From Takakia lepidozioides (taxonomy: Eukaryota > Plantae > Bryophyta), in assembly GCA_030704615.1 (NCBI GenBank), contig CM060732.1, forward strand, positions 20,212,001 through 20,276,000: a stretch of 64,000 bases of DNA, written 5' to 3'. Under the pieces are notes generated by a model, which ran no database searches, had not been told where the DNA came from, and saw nothing but the letters and a program-made list of their open reading frames with translations. Within the stretch, counting starts at the first letter, position 1; every line of letters starts with the position of its first letter. The translations under genes were made by a program, and so were the position numbers. Of the stretch, positions 36,351-49,100 are shown piece after piece.

Positions 36351-36575
36351 CCTAGGGTTGGTAGCTCGGTTGGATAAGTGCACTGTGTGTCACCCTTGCA
36401 GGGTTCAAATCATACCACTTTGGTCCTGCGGGTCCTGACCGGTTGGTTTGGGGGTGACGTTTCCCCCTTGTGTGCCCAATGCCTTATCTTAAAGGGGGTT
36501 AATTTTTCCCCTTCTCAAGGGTCTGAAATGTAAGCAGTCACTCCGAGGTTTCCTTTAAATATAATCTAAAAAAAA
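36351..36575 (+). mobile_element. tRNA-derived SINE
   Basis: A-box tagctcggttgg (36362), B-box ggttcaaatc (36402), A8 tail at 36568-36575, ttaccc on both flanks. Confidence 0.6.
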
Positions 36576-37272
36576 CATTACCCTAAGTTAGATGGGTGAC
36601 ATGGGCCCAAAGCTGAAAAAACCATTGGCCCCTAATAGAAAAGTCGATTCAAAAGCTGAGACAGATGCAAAATCGTTTCAACTGGACATGATCTTGTTAC
36701 CTAACCTCCACCCAAAAAGACAACTATTGCCCAATCCAAAAAATTCTTAAATCCCAAAAATCTTTGTCGTTCAATGTGGAAGAGGATACATATTTATTAT
36801 TAGGAACACAAATCTGTGAAGTTTTCGAAGGGTTTGGATGAAATGATAACAACCATCCATCTTGAGAATTATTGAAATAAATATTTTGTTGATACTCTTA
36901 TAAAGGTATCATGTCGAAGTTGAGATGTCTGTTTGATAGATGTTTAATATATCAAACTCTTATACGTTGATACTCTTACAGTGGTATCATGTTTGATGTA
37001 GGTACATAGCCATATTGGCACATTTTTATCACTTAGTACTTTGACATATGTGCCAACTTCAATATGATTTTGTAGGTCAATCATTTTTTTTCTTATTGTT
37101 TTTTTTTTAGTTTCAAAACAAACACCAGCCCAAGCAATTGGCCCTTGAGGTGGGGAAAAAAAAACCCCTTTCTTCACCATGGAGGCATTATAGGGGTAGA
37201 GCCCAAGCCCAAAGGTAAGAGAGATAGATGACAAGTGTTTGAACCACATACCGACATGCTGATACACAAGTG

Positions 37273-38526
37273 CCCCTCTTAGCTCAGCTGGGGGCCTCCA
37301 AACCCTCAGTTGAACCACCGGTCGACCCCATTCACGTCGGTCATGCACACCATTTTTGGATGATCTACCCGGTACCTGACCCTCCATCACCTCGTCCAAT
37401 CCGCAACCTCCTTAAAACCCTCACTAAAGAAGCCAAAAAACAAGCCTCAACCTCTCTCAGCCATACCAAGCTTCATATCAAAAAATGGACCATTTCCAAT
37501 GTCCTGCACTATAAATTATCAAACCACTTTTGGAACTCCAAAGCCGCGTCAGATGCACAAATAAGGCAAACACTTTAGATACGCCCAATATATGGGCCAT
37601 CAACGCAAACACATCTTCTGGCCAACCCTATTCCCAACCCCACACTGCCCACTCTGCTCACACCTTCATGCTAAACGTGATACCTGGCCTCGTATTCTCA
37701 GCGAATGTCCACACCCTGTCATCCACGGGTTGCGAATCGCTCGTCATAATCACGCCGTATGGCACATCCACAAACTTCTCTTACAATGTAGTGCAACCAG
37801 ATGGTTTATACTCATCAACGCTGGCACCTACCAGGGTCGGCCTCTAGACCATACAGTACGTACTTGGCTCCTTCCATGTATCTGTCAACCTTGCGGGTCC
37901 TGCACATGCCCCGCTAAACTATGCCCGGACATCCTCATAGTCTAGGGCCTCCCCGTTAACTCCCCCCCCCTCCTGCACCATACATTTTATAGAATTCATA
38001 TACTGCCATACCGCTTTCCTAACGCCTCTATTATAGAAAAACGTAAAAAATATGCACCATTAATCGTTGACATCCGCCGACGAGGGTGGGGCACCGGCCC
38101 ACTCACTGTCATAATTGTTGGCACCAGATGATGCATCCATAATGCCAGCATCTCTACCTTTCAAAATAATTTTCAAATCCCTATCACATCTGTTCACAAA
38201 TGTTTCAAAGCCATACACCTCACCGCGCTCCGATCCCTCACTGCAATCATCACCAACAAACGACAAACTCGAATCCAGTCTCCCTCCCGCTTCCTAGGCA
38301 CCTCATACGCCTTTGGGTACCACCGGTACCCATGGGGCCCATGGGCCCACGAGTGCCAAGCGGCACCCTTCACCACTACTACCGTTCTCCCAATCTACCC
38401 CAGGGTATCCCCTGGGCCTCAATTTTTAAATAGGGCCCACCTCTGTTAAGGGGCAATAGCCGCAAGGCAAAGTGGCTCTTAGTTACGCCGGATTCGGCTG
38501 GAGTCTTCTTCTTCTCTCTTCTCTTC
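37273..38526 (+). mobile_element. 5'-truncated non-LTR retrotransposon of the restriction-like endonuclease (RLE) type
   Basis: CPLC...RILSEC zinc-knuckle region, ARHNHAV, PDILIV...FIEF. Pyrimidine (ctt/ct)n tail. Flanking direct repeat tacacaagtg (37263-37272) / tacacgagtg (38527-38536). Confidence 0.75.
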
Positions 38527-39729
38527 TACACGAGTGTCTTACCACCAGACATGGTGATGTTGCATTAAAATTATAATTATATGAACATTTGATGGATGTT
38601 ATTATATTTAACCATATATTTTCACCAGACTATCAGTATTTTTGACATATAATACCACAAAATGAACAAGTGTTTTTTTGTTTTTTTTTTAAAGCTAGTT
38701 GAGTATCTTTGACTTGTTTGATGTATTGAAGCATTGAATTTTTGAAACACATACACTCGGCAGTCTACATAAATATGAAGGGAGGAGGGGTTGGGAATGT
38801 GAAATGGGAATGATTGGAAACATGATTAGTCACGGGGACCTGGGGTCTTAAATACAAGATTATGAACTGGTGTAGCAATTGTTTGCTTCTGCAGAATCGT
38901 GGTGCTCTTCACCCTGACATCCTCCATTCCCCGAATTCTCTTCATTCCAAACAAACAAGATGGCCTTGTTTGAAATAGCTCTAGGAAAGCTTGCAAGGCG
39001 TAGAGCATAAAAGTATGGTTGGCACAGAAAGGAACGGGTAAGTGCATGTAAGCTTGTGGAGCTTGCAAGTATCGAGTAAGAGAGAATGTACTCTCAACCC
39101 GTCCGTCCTTGCGCCACTATGTAAGAAGTAAAGCGAGCGTATAATCTGTAATATCCGCCATAGCTACAAAGTTATAGCTTTGATTGCCCTTTCCCGTCGA
39201 GACACTGGTTATTCGGAGCCACCCCGACTCTTCCGCTCATAACTCTTCTAATTTCTTGTTCTTGTTTCTTGGAGGGAACCACCTGCATGAAATTCTTGCT
39301 CCTGATTGGCTGTTGCCTCCTTGGGTAACTTCTTAATTTTACCCCCCTCAGTGGACATTCCCACCTGGAATGTCCACTAGGACAACACATGTGGCAAAAG
39401 TCCCCCTTTTCTGTACTCGTAAAGGGTTCCGTTACCTTTGCCCTGAATGCATTAATGGGCCCACAAATAGTTTTGGTTGATGTACCGGGTAGGTACCTTG
39501 ACAGCCTAATTTGTCCTCTTGCATGATGACACCCACTTTTGCAATATATGCCCCGTGGTGTGCTTCGTCCTAGTGGCCACGTGTCCGTTTTTAGACACGC
39601 CTCCGTCTCCCCCTGCCCTCGTGGCACATTCTCCGAATCTGACTTCCAAGCTGTCCTTTCACTTGCCGGCCACTTTTCTGATGTTAACCCGCATCCACCT
39701 GTCACTGACCCTATGGACTGTGCAACCCG

Positions 39730-39880
39730 CGTGGGCTGTGTTGGGTTGTGACAGGCTGTGTCAAACTGTGATGGGTTGTGATAGGCTGTGTGATGCTGTG
39801 ATGGGCTGTGATAAGCTGTGTGATGCTGTGATGGGCTGTGATAAGCTATGTGACGTTGTGGTGGGCTGTGATAACTGTGC
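39730..39880. repeat. 10-bp-period tandem repeat (nnnnctgtg units)
   Basis: gatgggctgt/gataagctgt/gtgatgctgt units; a similar array lies at 57378-57530. Confidence 0.75.
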
Positions 39881-40139
39881 GAACACCCGTGTTCTCCGCT
39901 CAGGCCATACACATTCGGCTTTACGACAAGTGTTTCATGCTCCGTTGGTATTACCGGTGCAGCCCGTGACTGTTTCTGTGTTTCAATATGCAAATCGTGC
40001 TGCAATGGTTTGTCATAGATACCACTGTATCCCTTCAACTTATTGGCATTGACTCTTCCCAGCATCTCTTTGTTAATGGTTTGTAACATGGCGGTGTTGT
40101 TATCATACATCTTCTGTATGACATAAGGTCCTTTCCATG

Positions 40140-43100
40140 GTGATTTAAGCTTAGAAGCCTTAATCTTCCCCTTCTTCTACAACCACAGAACCAAATCACC
40201 CGTCTTAAAAGTTTTCAGTTTACCTTCATAAAATTGATCCTTCCTCTTCATCTGAATTTTGGTCATGTTATCTGCTGCATCAGCACGTACTTCTTCCACA
40301 TGATATAATTCATGTTTCCTGACTTTAATTGAATCCTCGCCAAGATAGTGCATAGTATTTTGTTTGTGGCCTCTGCCTGCCCATTACCCTGTGGGTAATA
40401 GGTTGTACTTTTCCTGTGCACAATCATGAACTATTTAGTCAATAGTTCTATAGTCTCGTTAATGAAGTGACTTCCCTGGTACTTAATAAATTCCAGGGGA
40501 CAACCAAATCTTGTGAGTATGTTCTCATACAGGAATCTTGCTGTGGACTTAGCTATGTTGTCCCTCAGCGCCTTAGCTTCCACCCACTTTGTAGTATAAT
40601 CCGTGGCTGTGATTATATACTTGTTTTGTGTATTTCTGGCTAGTGGATTAATTGGTCCAACGAAGTCTAGTCCCCATTTCTGAAATGGTTCAGTAGGCAT
40701 CGTAGGATGCAAAGCCATCTTCCCAGATCTATGCAATGGTCCTAGCCTCTGACACTCATCACAACTCTTGCAATATTTGTGTACATCCTTGAACAAAGTA
40801 GGCCACCAGTAACCTGCTAGTAGTATCTTTCTACTGGTAGTCTCTTCTCCAAAATGACCTCCAGCCACTCCTTTATGAACTTCCTCCAAAACTTTATTTA
40901 CTTCATGGTGGTACAAGCATCGTTTAAGAACTCCATCAGGTCCTAGCTTATACATTCTGCCACCTATCATAGTGTAAGGTAAAGCCTTGATAACTATTCT
41001 CTTCCTCTGCTCCTTCCCATAACTATGTGGGCACTGACCATGAGTGAGGTAGTATCTGATTGGCCACTGCCAATCTAACCAATTATCTGCACTTCCCTGC
41101 ACCTCCACTGCAAATAAACTCGCATCAGGTAGTTGGTCGTTTACTCCCGTGGCGGGCTCTCCTGTTGATAGGCGTGCCAAGTGATCTGCCACAAGATGCA
41201 AACGGCTTGGCTTGTAAACAACTTCGAACTCAAACTCGTGCAAGATTATTAACCATCTTGTTATCTTGTCACTTATCAAAGGCTTGTTCACCAGATAAAT
41301 CAGAGCCTGATGATCCACATAAAACATGAACTTCCTTCCTAATAAGTAATGCCTGAATTTCTTGACTGCATAAATCATTACCAATGCTTCCCTTTCAGTT
41401 GTGCTATAGTTCCTTTCAGCACTGTTCATCAACCTGCTAGCACAGTACACAGGTGAATCTATGTTTCCTGTAACATTTTGGGCTAACACTGCTCCCAATG
41501 CTTCTCGTGAACATGAAATACTACATGCTAGTGAGGGTTAATCAGCACAGGTGTAGTTGTTACTGACAATGTAAGTTCCTCAAAAGCCTGCTGACATTCA
41601 ACTGTCCATGCAAACACTGCATCTTTCTTCAGAAGCTTGCTCAATGGTGCTGCTATCTGTGCATACCGTCTGACAAATCTTCTGTAATAACTGGTTTGTC
41701 CAAGGAATCTCCTTAGACTCTTGACATTTCCTGGTGGCGGAGAGGCTTTAATAGCCTCTGTTTTTCTGGGATCCACACAATGTGTCCCAAAAGTACCCCT
41801 GAGTTCACACACAAAGTACACTTTTCTGGATTCAGGCCCAGACCTCTCATCCTGCATCTGGCCAAACATAACTCCAATTTATGCAAGTGCTCATTCTTAG
41901 AACTGTACACACTGAAGTCATCTAAGAACACCTGCATGAAATCATCCAGATACTCATGGAAAGATTCACTTATCACTCTCTGAAAAGTTGCTGGTGCATT
42001 ACAAAGTCCAAAAGGCATGACTTTGTATGCATAAGCACAACGTCTGTGATAAAAGCTGTCTTTCCCTGGTCTTCTTCTGCCACTTGCACTTGGTTATACC
42101 CACTGAAGCCATCCATGAATGAGTACATCTCATGGCCTGCCACAGTGTCCAACACCGCTTCTGTGACTGGCAAAGGGAAGGGATCTTTCTTTGTACAAGC
42201 ATTCAACTTCTTATAGTTTACACAAACTCTCAGTTTACCATTCTTCTTGGGAACTATCACAATGGGTGACAACCATGTTGTATACTCTATTGGATATATG
42301 AACTTAGCCTCAGCCAACTTCTTGATCTCTTCCCCAACCTTATGTGCATAGTTGGGATTCATTCTGTACGTTGCCTGTTTGATTGGTACTGACCCTGGTT
42401 CTAGTTCAATCTTATGCTGACAGATCTCAGGTGGTATCCCTTTCAGATCCTCATAGCTCCAAGCAAATACATCTTTGTATTTGATGAACAGACTCTTAGC
42501 TTCCTCAAAGAATTCTGGCTCCAAGTCAGCCCCTACTTTCACCATTCTCGGTTCCTCCTCAGTTCCCACATTCACTTCTCTCACTTGCTCATCAACTGTG
42601 ATTGTCCAACCAGTCACTACTTCATCCTGTAAACTCACAGTGGTTGGTTCTTCTAGGATTTCCATTTCTCCCTCTCTTTCTTCATAGAAATGTGGTGGGT
42701 AACTGCTTGTTTCACCCTCAATTGGTGTTGCTGTTACTACACCACAACAGATACTTTTTAAACAACTTAGGCCTTCCAGTTGCATTTCTGCAACCTGCTC
42801 CCACTCTGGGTGTGCAGCGAACAAGGTAGCCTCCTGCTCCTCATCAAGTCATTTCCTCCAGTCATACTCTCTGACTCCTCGAGGTCTTCTCGTAGCAGGT
42901 AGTCTACTAGATTTCTTAGTGGTGATTTGTATCTTGCGCTTCCCATCATGCACAGTCAGTAACTGGGAATTCCAGTCATGGAATACCCTGGCCTGTTTCA
43001 GCCATGGTCGACCTAGCAATAAGGAGTAAGCTTCCATGACATCATCCATTTTCAACACAGTCACTGTGATCTTAAAGATCATCTTTTGAATCTGTATCTT

Positions 43101-43661
43101 AACTCCTCTTATCAAGCCCAATGGCTGAACACTTCTTTGATCTGCCATTGTTACTGTGAATGGGGCTGGTTTCATGTTACTTAGACCAAGCTTCTGCCTT
43201 AATTGGTCTGTCATGATATTCACTCCAGAGCCTCCATCTATCAGTACATCAGTCAAGTCTGTGCTTCCAATTCTCAATTGGATTACTGGCATAGAATCAT
43301 CAAAGTCCATGACTGTTTCTCGCCCTTCTGGCTTCACAGTATAGCTTGTCACCTTGCTGTTCGGGTCTGTGTTCCCTGTCACATGAGCAATCTGATTAAT
43401 TGCTTGATACAGCCTGTGCCTACAATGAGGTGCCACAGCCAATAGCTGTCCAATGGTAATCTCCGCTTTGGACTGGCATATTACTTCAGCCAAAGTCCCT
43501 TCATTACCCTGCACTTGTACAGCTTCTTTCTTCACTTCATCCTCACTCACTTCATCTTCTCTTTCAGAATCAGAGGAATCTGCCATAGGGATATCAGTAC
43601 TCTTCTGCATTTCCCTTATGGTATCAGCCACTTCCTTGTGCAGTTCCTTCTCATTCTCCAA
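40140..43661 (-). pseudogene. Gypsy pol: protease, RT, RNase H, integrase
   Basis: VLIDGGSGVNIM; KLRVCVNYKKLN, MPFGLCNAPATFQR, FLDDF; ERNYSTTEREAL; GGHFGE...CDECQR, KWGLDFVGP. Frameshifts and deletions. Confidence 0.9.
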
Positions 43662-44946
43662 GCCTCATCATCTTCAGGCACATCACTGCCATCTTCATTA
43701 TCATCATCTTCCTCATCTATTGGAGGTATTAGTTTAGCTTTGCTTTTGGTTACTATCATTGTACTTACTTCTGGTACAACACATGGCCTAACCATGCGAG
43801 CTGCCACCACTGGGCCCTCATTCATAGGAGCTCTCATCTCATTCTGGTGTCTAATCCAGAATGAACAGGCTGCCTTGCGATGTCCTGCCTGATTACAATA
43901 GTAACACAGTTCTTCACCATTGGGTCCTCGCCCTTGATCTGCTCTAGGATTATTTCTATAATCCTGATTCCCTGGCTGGTAATTCCCCCTTGGATTACCC
44001 TGATAGTTGCCTCTGGGATTGCCTTGGTAATTCCCTCTTGGATTATCTCTCCCTTCCATACCATTGTTATAACCACCAAGCCTACCATAGTGGTCCTGAT
44101 CACTGTTTCTTCCTGGCTGGGGCTGCACTTGATGCACCCTTACTTACCTAGGTTCTCTTGCCGCTGTCCTTCTGTTGTAATAACAATTCTCAGTAGAATG
44201 GTTATCCATTTTACAGATAGTACAGTGTTTCTCCTTCATGTGGCATTCAACTATGGTATGGCCTTCATTCTGGCATTTTGCACACCAAACACCCTTCCTC
44301 CAATGTGTTGCAGCCTCTGTGGCATACTTCTTCAAAATTTCTTCCAATCTTTTCTCATAGTTATCCCTCTTCAACTTTTCCTTCTTTTTACTCTTCCTTT
44401 TGAGCTCTTGCTCATCTTCCTCATCCTCAGAGTCCTCATCATCCCTTTTCTCTCTCTCGAGCATTCCCAATTGCTCAATTTTGTTAGCTGTTTCAAATGC
44501 CTCCTCCACTGTATTATGGGGTAACATATCCACTTTCTTTTGCAACTCTGGTCTTAGTCCACTCACAAACCAAGTCTTTTGTAACCCTGGTGCTGGTACA
44601 ACAGCCAGCTTTTTCATCATTAATTTCATCTTTTCCATGTACTCTTCAACAATTTCATGCTTCTTTTGCCTTAACTGTTGTAAACTTCCATACACTTCAT
44701 CCTCAGTTTTGCTTGTCCTGAACCTGTTTCGGAATGCCGTACTAAGGCCATTCCAGGTTAGGAAATGATTATCCGGAAATCTTGCATACCATTCACTTGC
44801 TTTCTTGATAAGTGAACAAGGAAACAGTCTCATCTTGGCATCATCGCCATTCTCATTGTTCACAATACACATGTGCTCAAATTGGCTAATGTGTACATCA
44901 GGATCCCCTTTTCCTGCATATATTGGAAAATGTGGCTTTGCCCGTG
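43616..44946 (-). pseudogene. Gypsy gag, 3' part with three CCHC knuckles
   Basis: KPHFPIYAGKGDPDVHISQF...; CAKCQNEGHTIVEC, CTICKMDNHSTENC, CYYCNQAGHRKAAC. Confidence 0.88.
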
Positions 44947-46149
44947 GGGGGATGCTGAAGCGTGAGCATGTCAGCGTGAGCACGTGAGCGCAGCCACGCT
45001 CATGCCACATCAGCAGTTCTTGCCACCTAGGCGGCCGCGTCTGACTCCACGTCATCACACCCTGCCAGCTTGGTAGATGCCACGTCACGGCAGGTTGACG
45101 TCATTTCCATAGGCAGCGACCTATGACCGAGGGCCGAAAAGGTGGAAGGGGGCCCATAGCCGCGGAATTGCGCATTCAGCTCAAAGGGAACATATGTGGG
45201 CGATGTTGTTGAATGATTATGTTTGCAGAGACCGAATATACAATGGTTGTGGATGAATTAATGAGGATGATAGACAGTGAATGTGGATGCCACGCTGCGA
45301 ATGAGGATGGATGTGGATGAGTAGTTATGGATGAATATGGATGAAATCCAATGGATGAATGAGAGAGGATGAATGAGCAATGAGAGAATCCCTCATGAAG
45401 CACATGATAAGATTTAACCAATGTCTGCCATATGGGGAAAGGTCGACCTATGAAACCTATGTAGAATAAGACAACACAGTAGATGCCAGGCACATATTCC
45501 ATTCTTTGATATTTTCCCATTGGTTACTGGAGCATTTTCCATGTGCAGCACGCTTCACTTTTGTTGTCCTCTTCAGTGTCGACACATAGTGAGCCATTTC
45601 AGTACCACACTGGAGGAATGCACCATATCTCCACACTGAAGTGGCAGTGGACTGTCAATGTGACCTGGTCGCCTTGCTAGTGAGGTACAATGTGCTAATA
45701 TCTGTCGATAGAGCACCAACATTTTCAAGCTTATTCATTAGTTGTGCATGAGGAGTTCGAGGTTCTTGTTTGACCCATAACCAATTGTAGGCATCAGTGT
45801 CGTGCCCTTCATCTAGCGCTGAAGCCAATAGTGCATACATAATGCAACCATAAGGCTTGCAACTAAAACGTGTGCCCAAAATGACTAAGTGAAGACATAA
45901 ATACAAAATGAAGTCATATTTGCAAATGCATACAAGCCTTGAACTTGAGGAACGAGCATTCAACTACATTACCAGGAACACACATGCGTGTGCAGGCATC
46001 GTATTAGATAAATGTGTTGGAACACAATAGGTCTGGCAGTTGCCATATGCCCCAAACCAAAACCGGACTACATTGACGCATGGTCTCAATCACTACAACT
46101 ATCCCCCAAAATTGTGGCACTATCAGACACGAAAACCCGAGCTCCTAGG

Positions 46150-49100
46150 TGCCTTTTCTACTTCCAAGCACACGAGGGAGATTTGTTCATCAACTGATGT
46201 CGAGCAATGGCCTCAGCTACTCTGGCAGGATGTACGAACGTGGAGGGCTGCACCAGAAGTCAGACTGAAAAACACTGACATTGAGCAAAGGGATAGCTTC
46301 CAATATCCTGAAAACCAACGTGAATGCAATGCATTAGCAAACATAGAAGAAAAGGGAATGGTGGGGGGTTCTGTTCGAGAACTAAGATTCATACACAATT
46401 TCAACTTACTCACATGCGAAATCGTCGTCCAGGTCTTTCTCATCCACTTCGGTGTTATCCACATGCACTGTACCCTCCGGTTCCTGGACGGCAGGGGCTG
46501 GCCCTTGCAAGCCTGCAATGATGTCATTGAAAATATCCGCATCCCCTTCCATACCAAACAAATGCCTGCCCCCCGCCTTGCAAGCATGGTACGAAGCTCC
46601 TGCAAGACGCTATACTGTTAGCAAGATATAACAATATCTGCAACAAGAAGAGAACAACAGAGAATGATGGGGGTCTAACCTGTCCCAAGAATGAGGTCCA
46701 CGATGCGCGACCCCGGATGAGAGCATGTCTCTATAATTGTCTGAATAAAAGCTGGGCTCTTCTCCTTCGCCCCTCTCCATGGTGTGGAATTTGACTTTCT
46801 CAAGCACAGTACCGCCTGCCCGTCCGGAATGTCAACAATCACCATGTCTACAGCACACGGTTTCTGAGCACCATTCACCCAATCCCGCCCAGACGAAACC
46901 TGCAAACAGCGCCGACCAAACTTGAAAATCACATCGAAGATGGGAAATATGCAACAGTAAAGGTGGGAATTTTACAGCAGTGAAGATGAGAGATTTGCTT
47001 ACCGACTCAAGAAAAACACTCATCTTAACCCACGTTGGAGAGGGATCTCCAGTGTCACCACCTTTCCTGGTCTCCATCATGGCAAGGAAGGAGTCGTTTA
47101 CAAGCTCGCATCTGATGGGTGTTCCACTGCGTCATATGGCTCAAACTTCCCCTTACGTTTGCGATCCTTGGTTGCAATTGGGGTCTGGGAACCAACAACT
47201 ACTGCAGCATCCCCTTGGGCGATCTTCTCCTTCCCTTTGTCCTTTGTGCCCTTTCCCTTCCCCTTCCCTCTCGCCGGAGTGTGTGTGGCTGCAGGTTCTT
47301 TCTCAACGAGGTTTCGTAGGTTTCTGTCATGCAGTTCCCTATCTGTTAGAGGAGCCAAGGACTCGGCATTGTCGTTCTGGTTCCGTGTCTGCAACTCATA
47401 CCATGGGCAATCTGATTTTGGTATGTCGAGATACCAGCAGCAGTCTTTGAGGTGATATGTACCGTAATCCCTGAGGATTGCTGCAGTGTACATGGTGTGG
47501 CTGTTGGAGGAGTCAGCCCACAAGTCAATGAAGCTTGGGTACTTGCTTAGGTTGTTCCCAGGAATCAGAACGTTCTTGATATACCTACAAAACAATGCAG
47601 GCACAGTATCAGAAAGTGGATGAGAAACTACATGATTTGTGGCCAGAACTGATAACATGAAAAACCAGATAGGGAGCGGGTCTCCAAGAAACGAACCTGC
47701 ATTCAATGAGACGTAGGTAAAACAGTCCAGAGATCCAACCCTCCAAAATGTGTGCGTTGACGCACTCAATTGTGGAGGGCCATAAATGATCCTGCTTAGT
47801 TCAAATGACCCACCTGTATAGGACCCTTTTCATGGCTCCCTCGGCTCCGAACTGCTGCTCGAACTCTTTTGTCCGGGATATGCCCCCCTCCTTGGCGAAC
47901 TCTCTGAAGAAACAGTTACTCCACGCTGTCGCCTTCCACTGACTCAAGTAATCCTCTATGGTATCTTTGGGCAAGGTCATCGTTATCTTGTAAGCATGTA
48001 GCTGCTTCTCCAGCACCTGATTCGCACGAGCTTCAATCTGTGAACAGACAAAATACAAACGTTAAAGTCCATACTAGGGAAGATTATTTTGTAAATTCAA
48101 CATATGGCAGTCCACAACATTACCTGGCTCCAGTACGTGGCTTTGTGCAGCCATGTATCGAAAACTTGATCGCTGAATGGCCTGATGTGGCCAGTATTTT
48201 CGTCTCTTTCCTCCCTTGGGAAGCAATATGTGTCCTTCACTGTTGAGTCAGAATTCCAGATCTCCAACCATTTAACTTTCTACTCGGAATCCACCACTGC
48301 AGTTGACAAACGATGCAGCTTTTCCTGTGTCATCTCTGGCTTCGTATTGTTGTTCCAGTGGTTCCTCACCTCATTCAAGAATTGAGGCCCAAAGGCAGGG
48401 TCTGCCATTCTCAGCTCTTTCACAAAGGCGCTCATGATCTTCTTCCGAGTCTCATTCATCTTTAACTTCATTGCTTCAGCCACTCCTTTCGATGTTCTTA
48501 TCCCCTCGGGGGTTTTGAAGTAGTACTCTATTTTGGCCCTCTCCCCAACCTCCGCTATCTCTTGCTGCAAAAACCAATCCAAAATCAGATAGAAGAATAA
48601 TTTGAATTGTACTAGAATATGGAAGTGCTAGGTGATGATATACTAACCGTGTACATGTATTCCATGAATGCTCCCCTTGTCAGCTTGTACCATATGTCCG
48701 AAGTTTTGGAGGTCTGGCATTTCGCGAAGGTTCCTGGACTGAGGATGCTCTTGAAAGTGCTGAGGGGCATTTGGCCAATATTCTAGATCCTGAGCAGGAT
48801 GTGTACCAGGTTTGTTGTAACATGGGCGGTTTCAGTTCTCCTGCCACAAGCAGTGGTATGTCATGACATGTCCGATTTGACTCCCAAACACATGAGGGAA
48901 AGAACCGAGTTATTTCAGGAAAGACACTTACTTGTTCACGTCATGCATTGTTGTCAAGAACGCAATGATGTTTCCCTTGGGATCCAGCGCCATGGAGGCC
49001 ACACAATAGTGCCACTCCTCCTCAGTGCTATGATACCTCGATATCATGTTCTGCCAGGCTAGCAATCGGTGGTTGCCATCCCAGACATGGAACATCTTGC

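Noticed and set aside
36351-36430. Functional tRNA gene
   Set aside because: A- and B-boxes are present but no convincing cloverleaf; followed by an unrelated body and an A-tail, so better explained as a SINE.
39172-40110. 312-aa ORF as a distinct gene
   Set aside because: Runs through the 10-bp tandem repeat in the Gypsy 3' region and has no recognisable domain.
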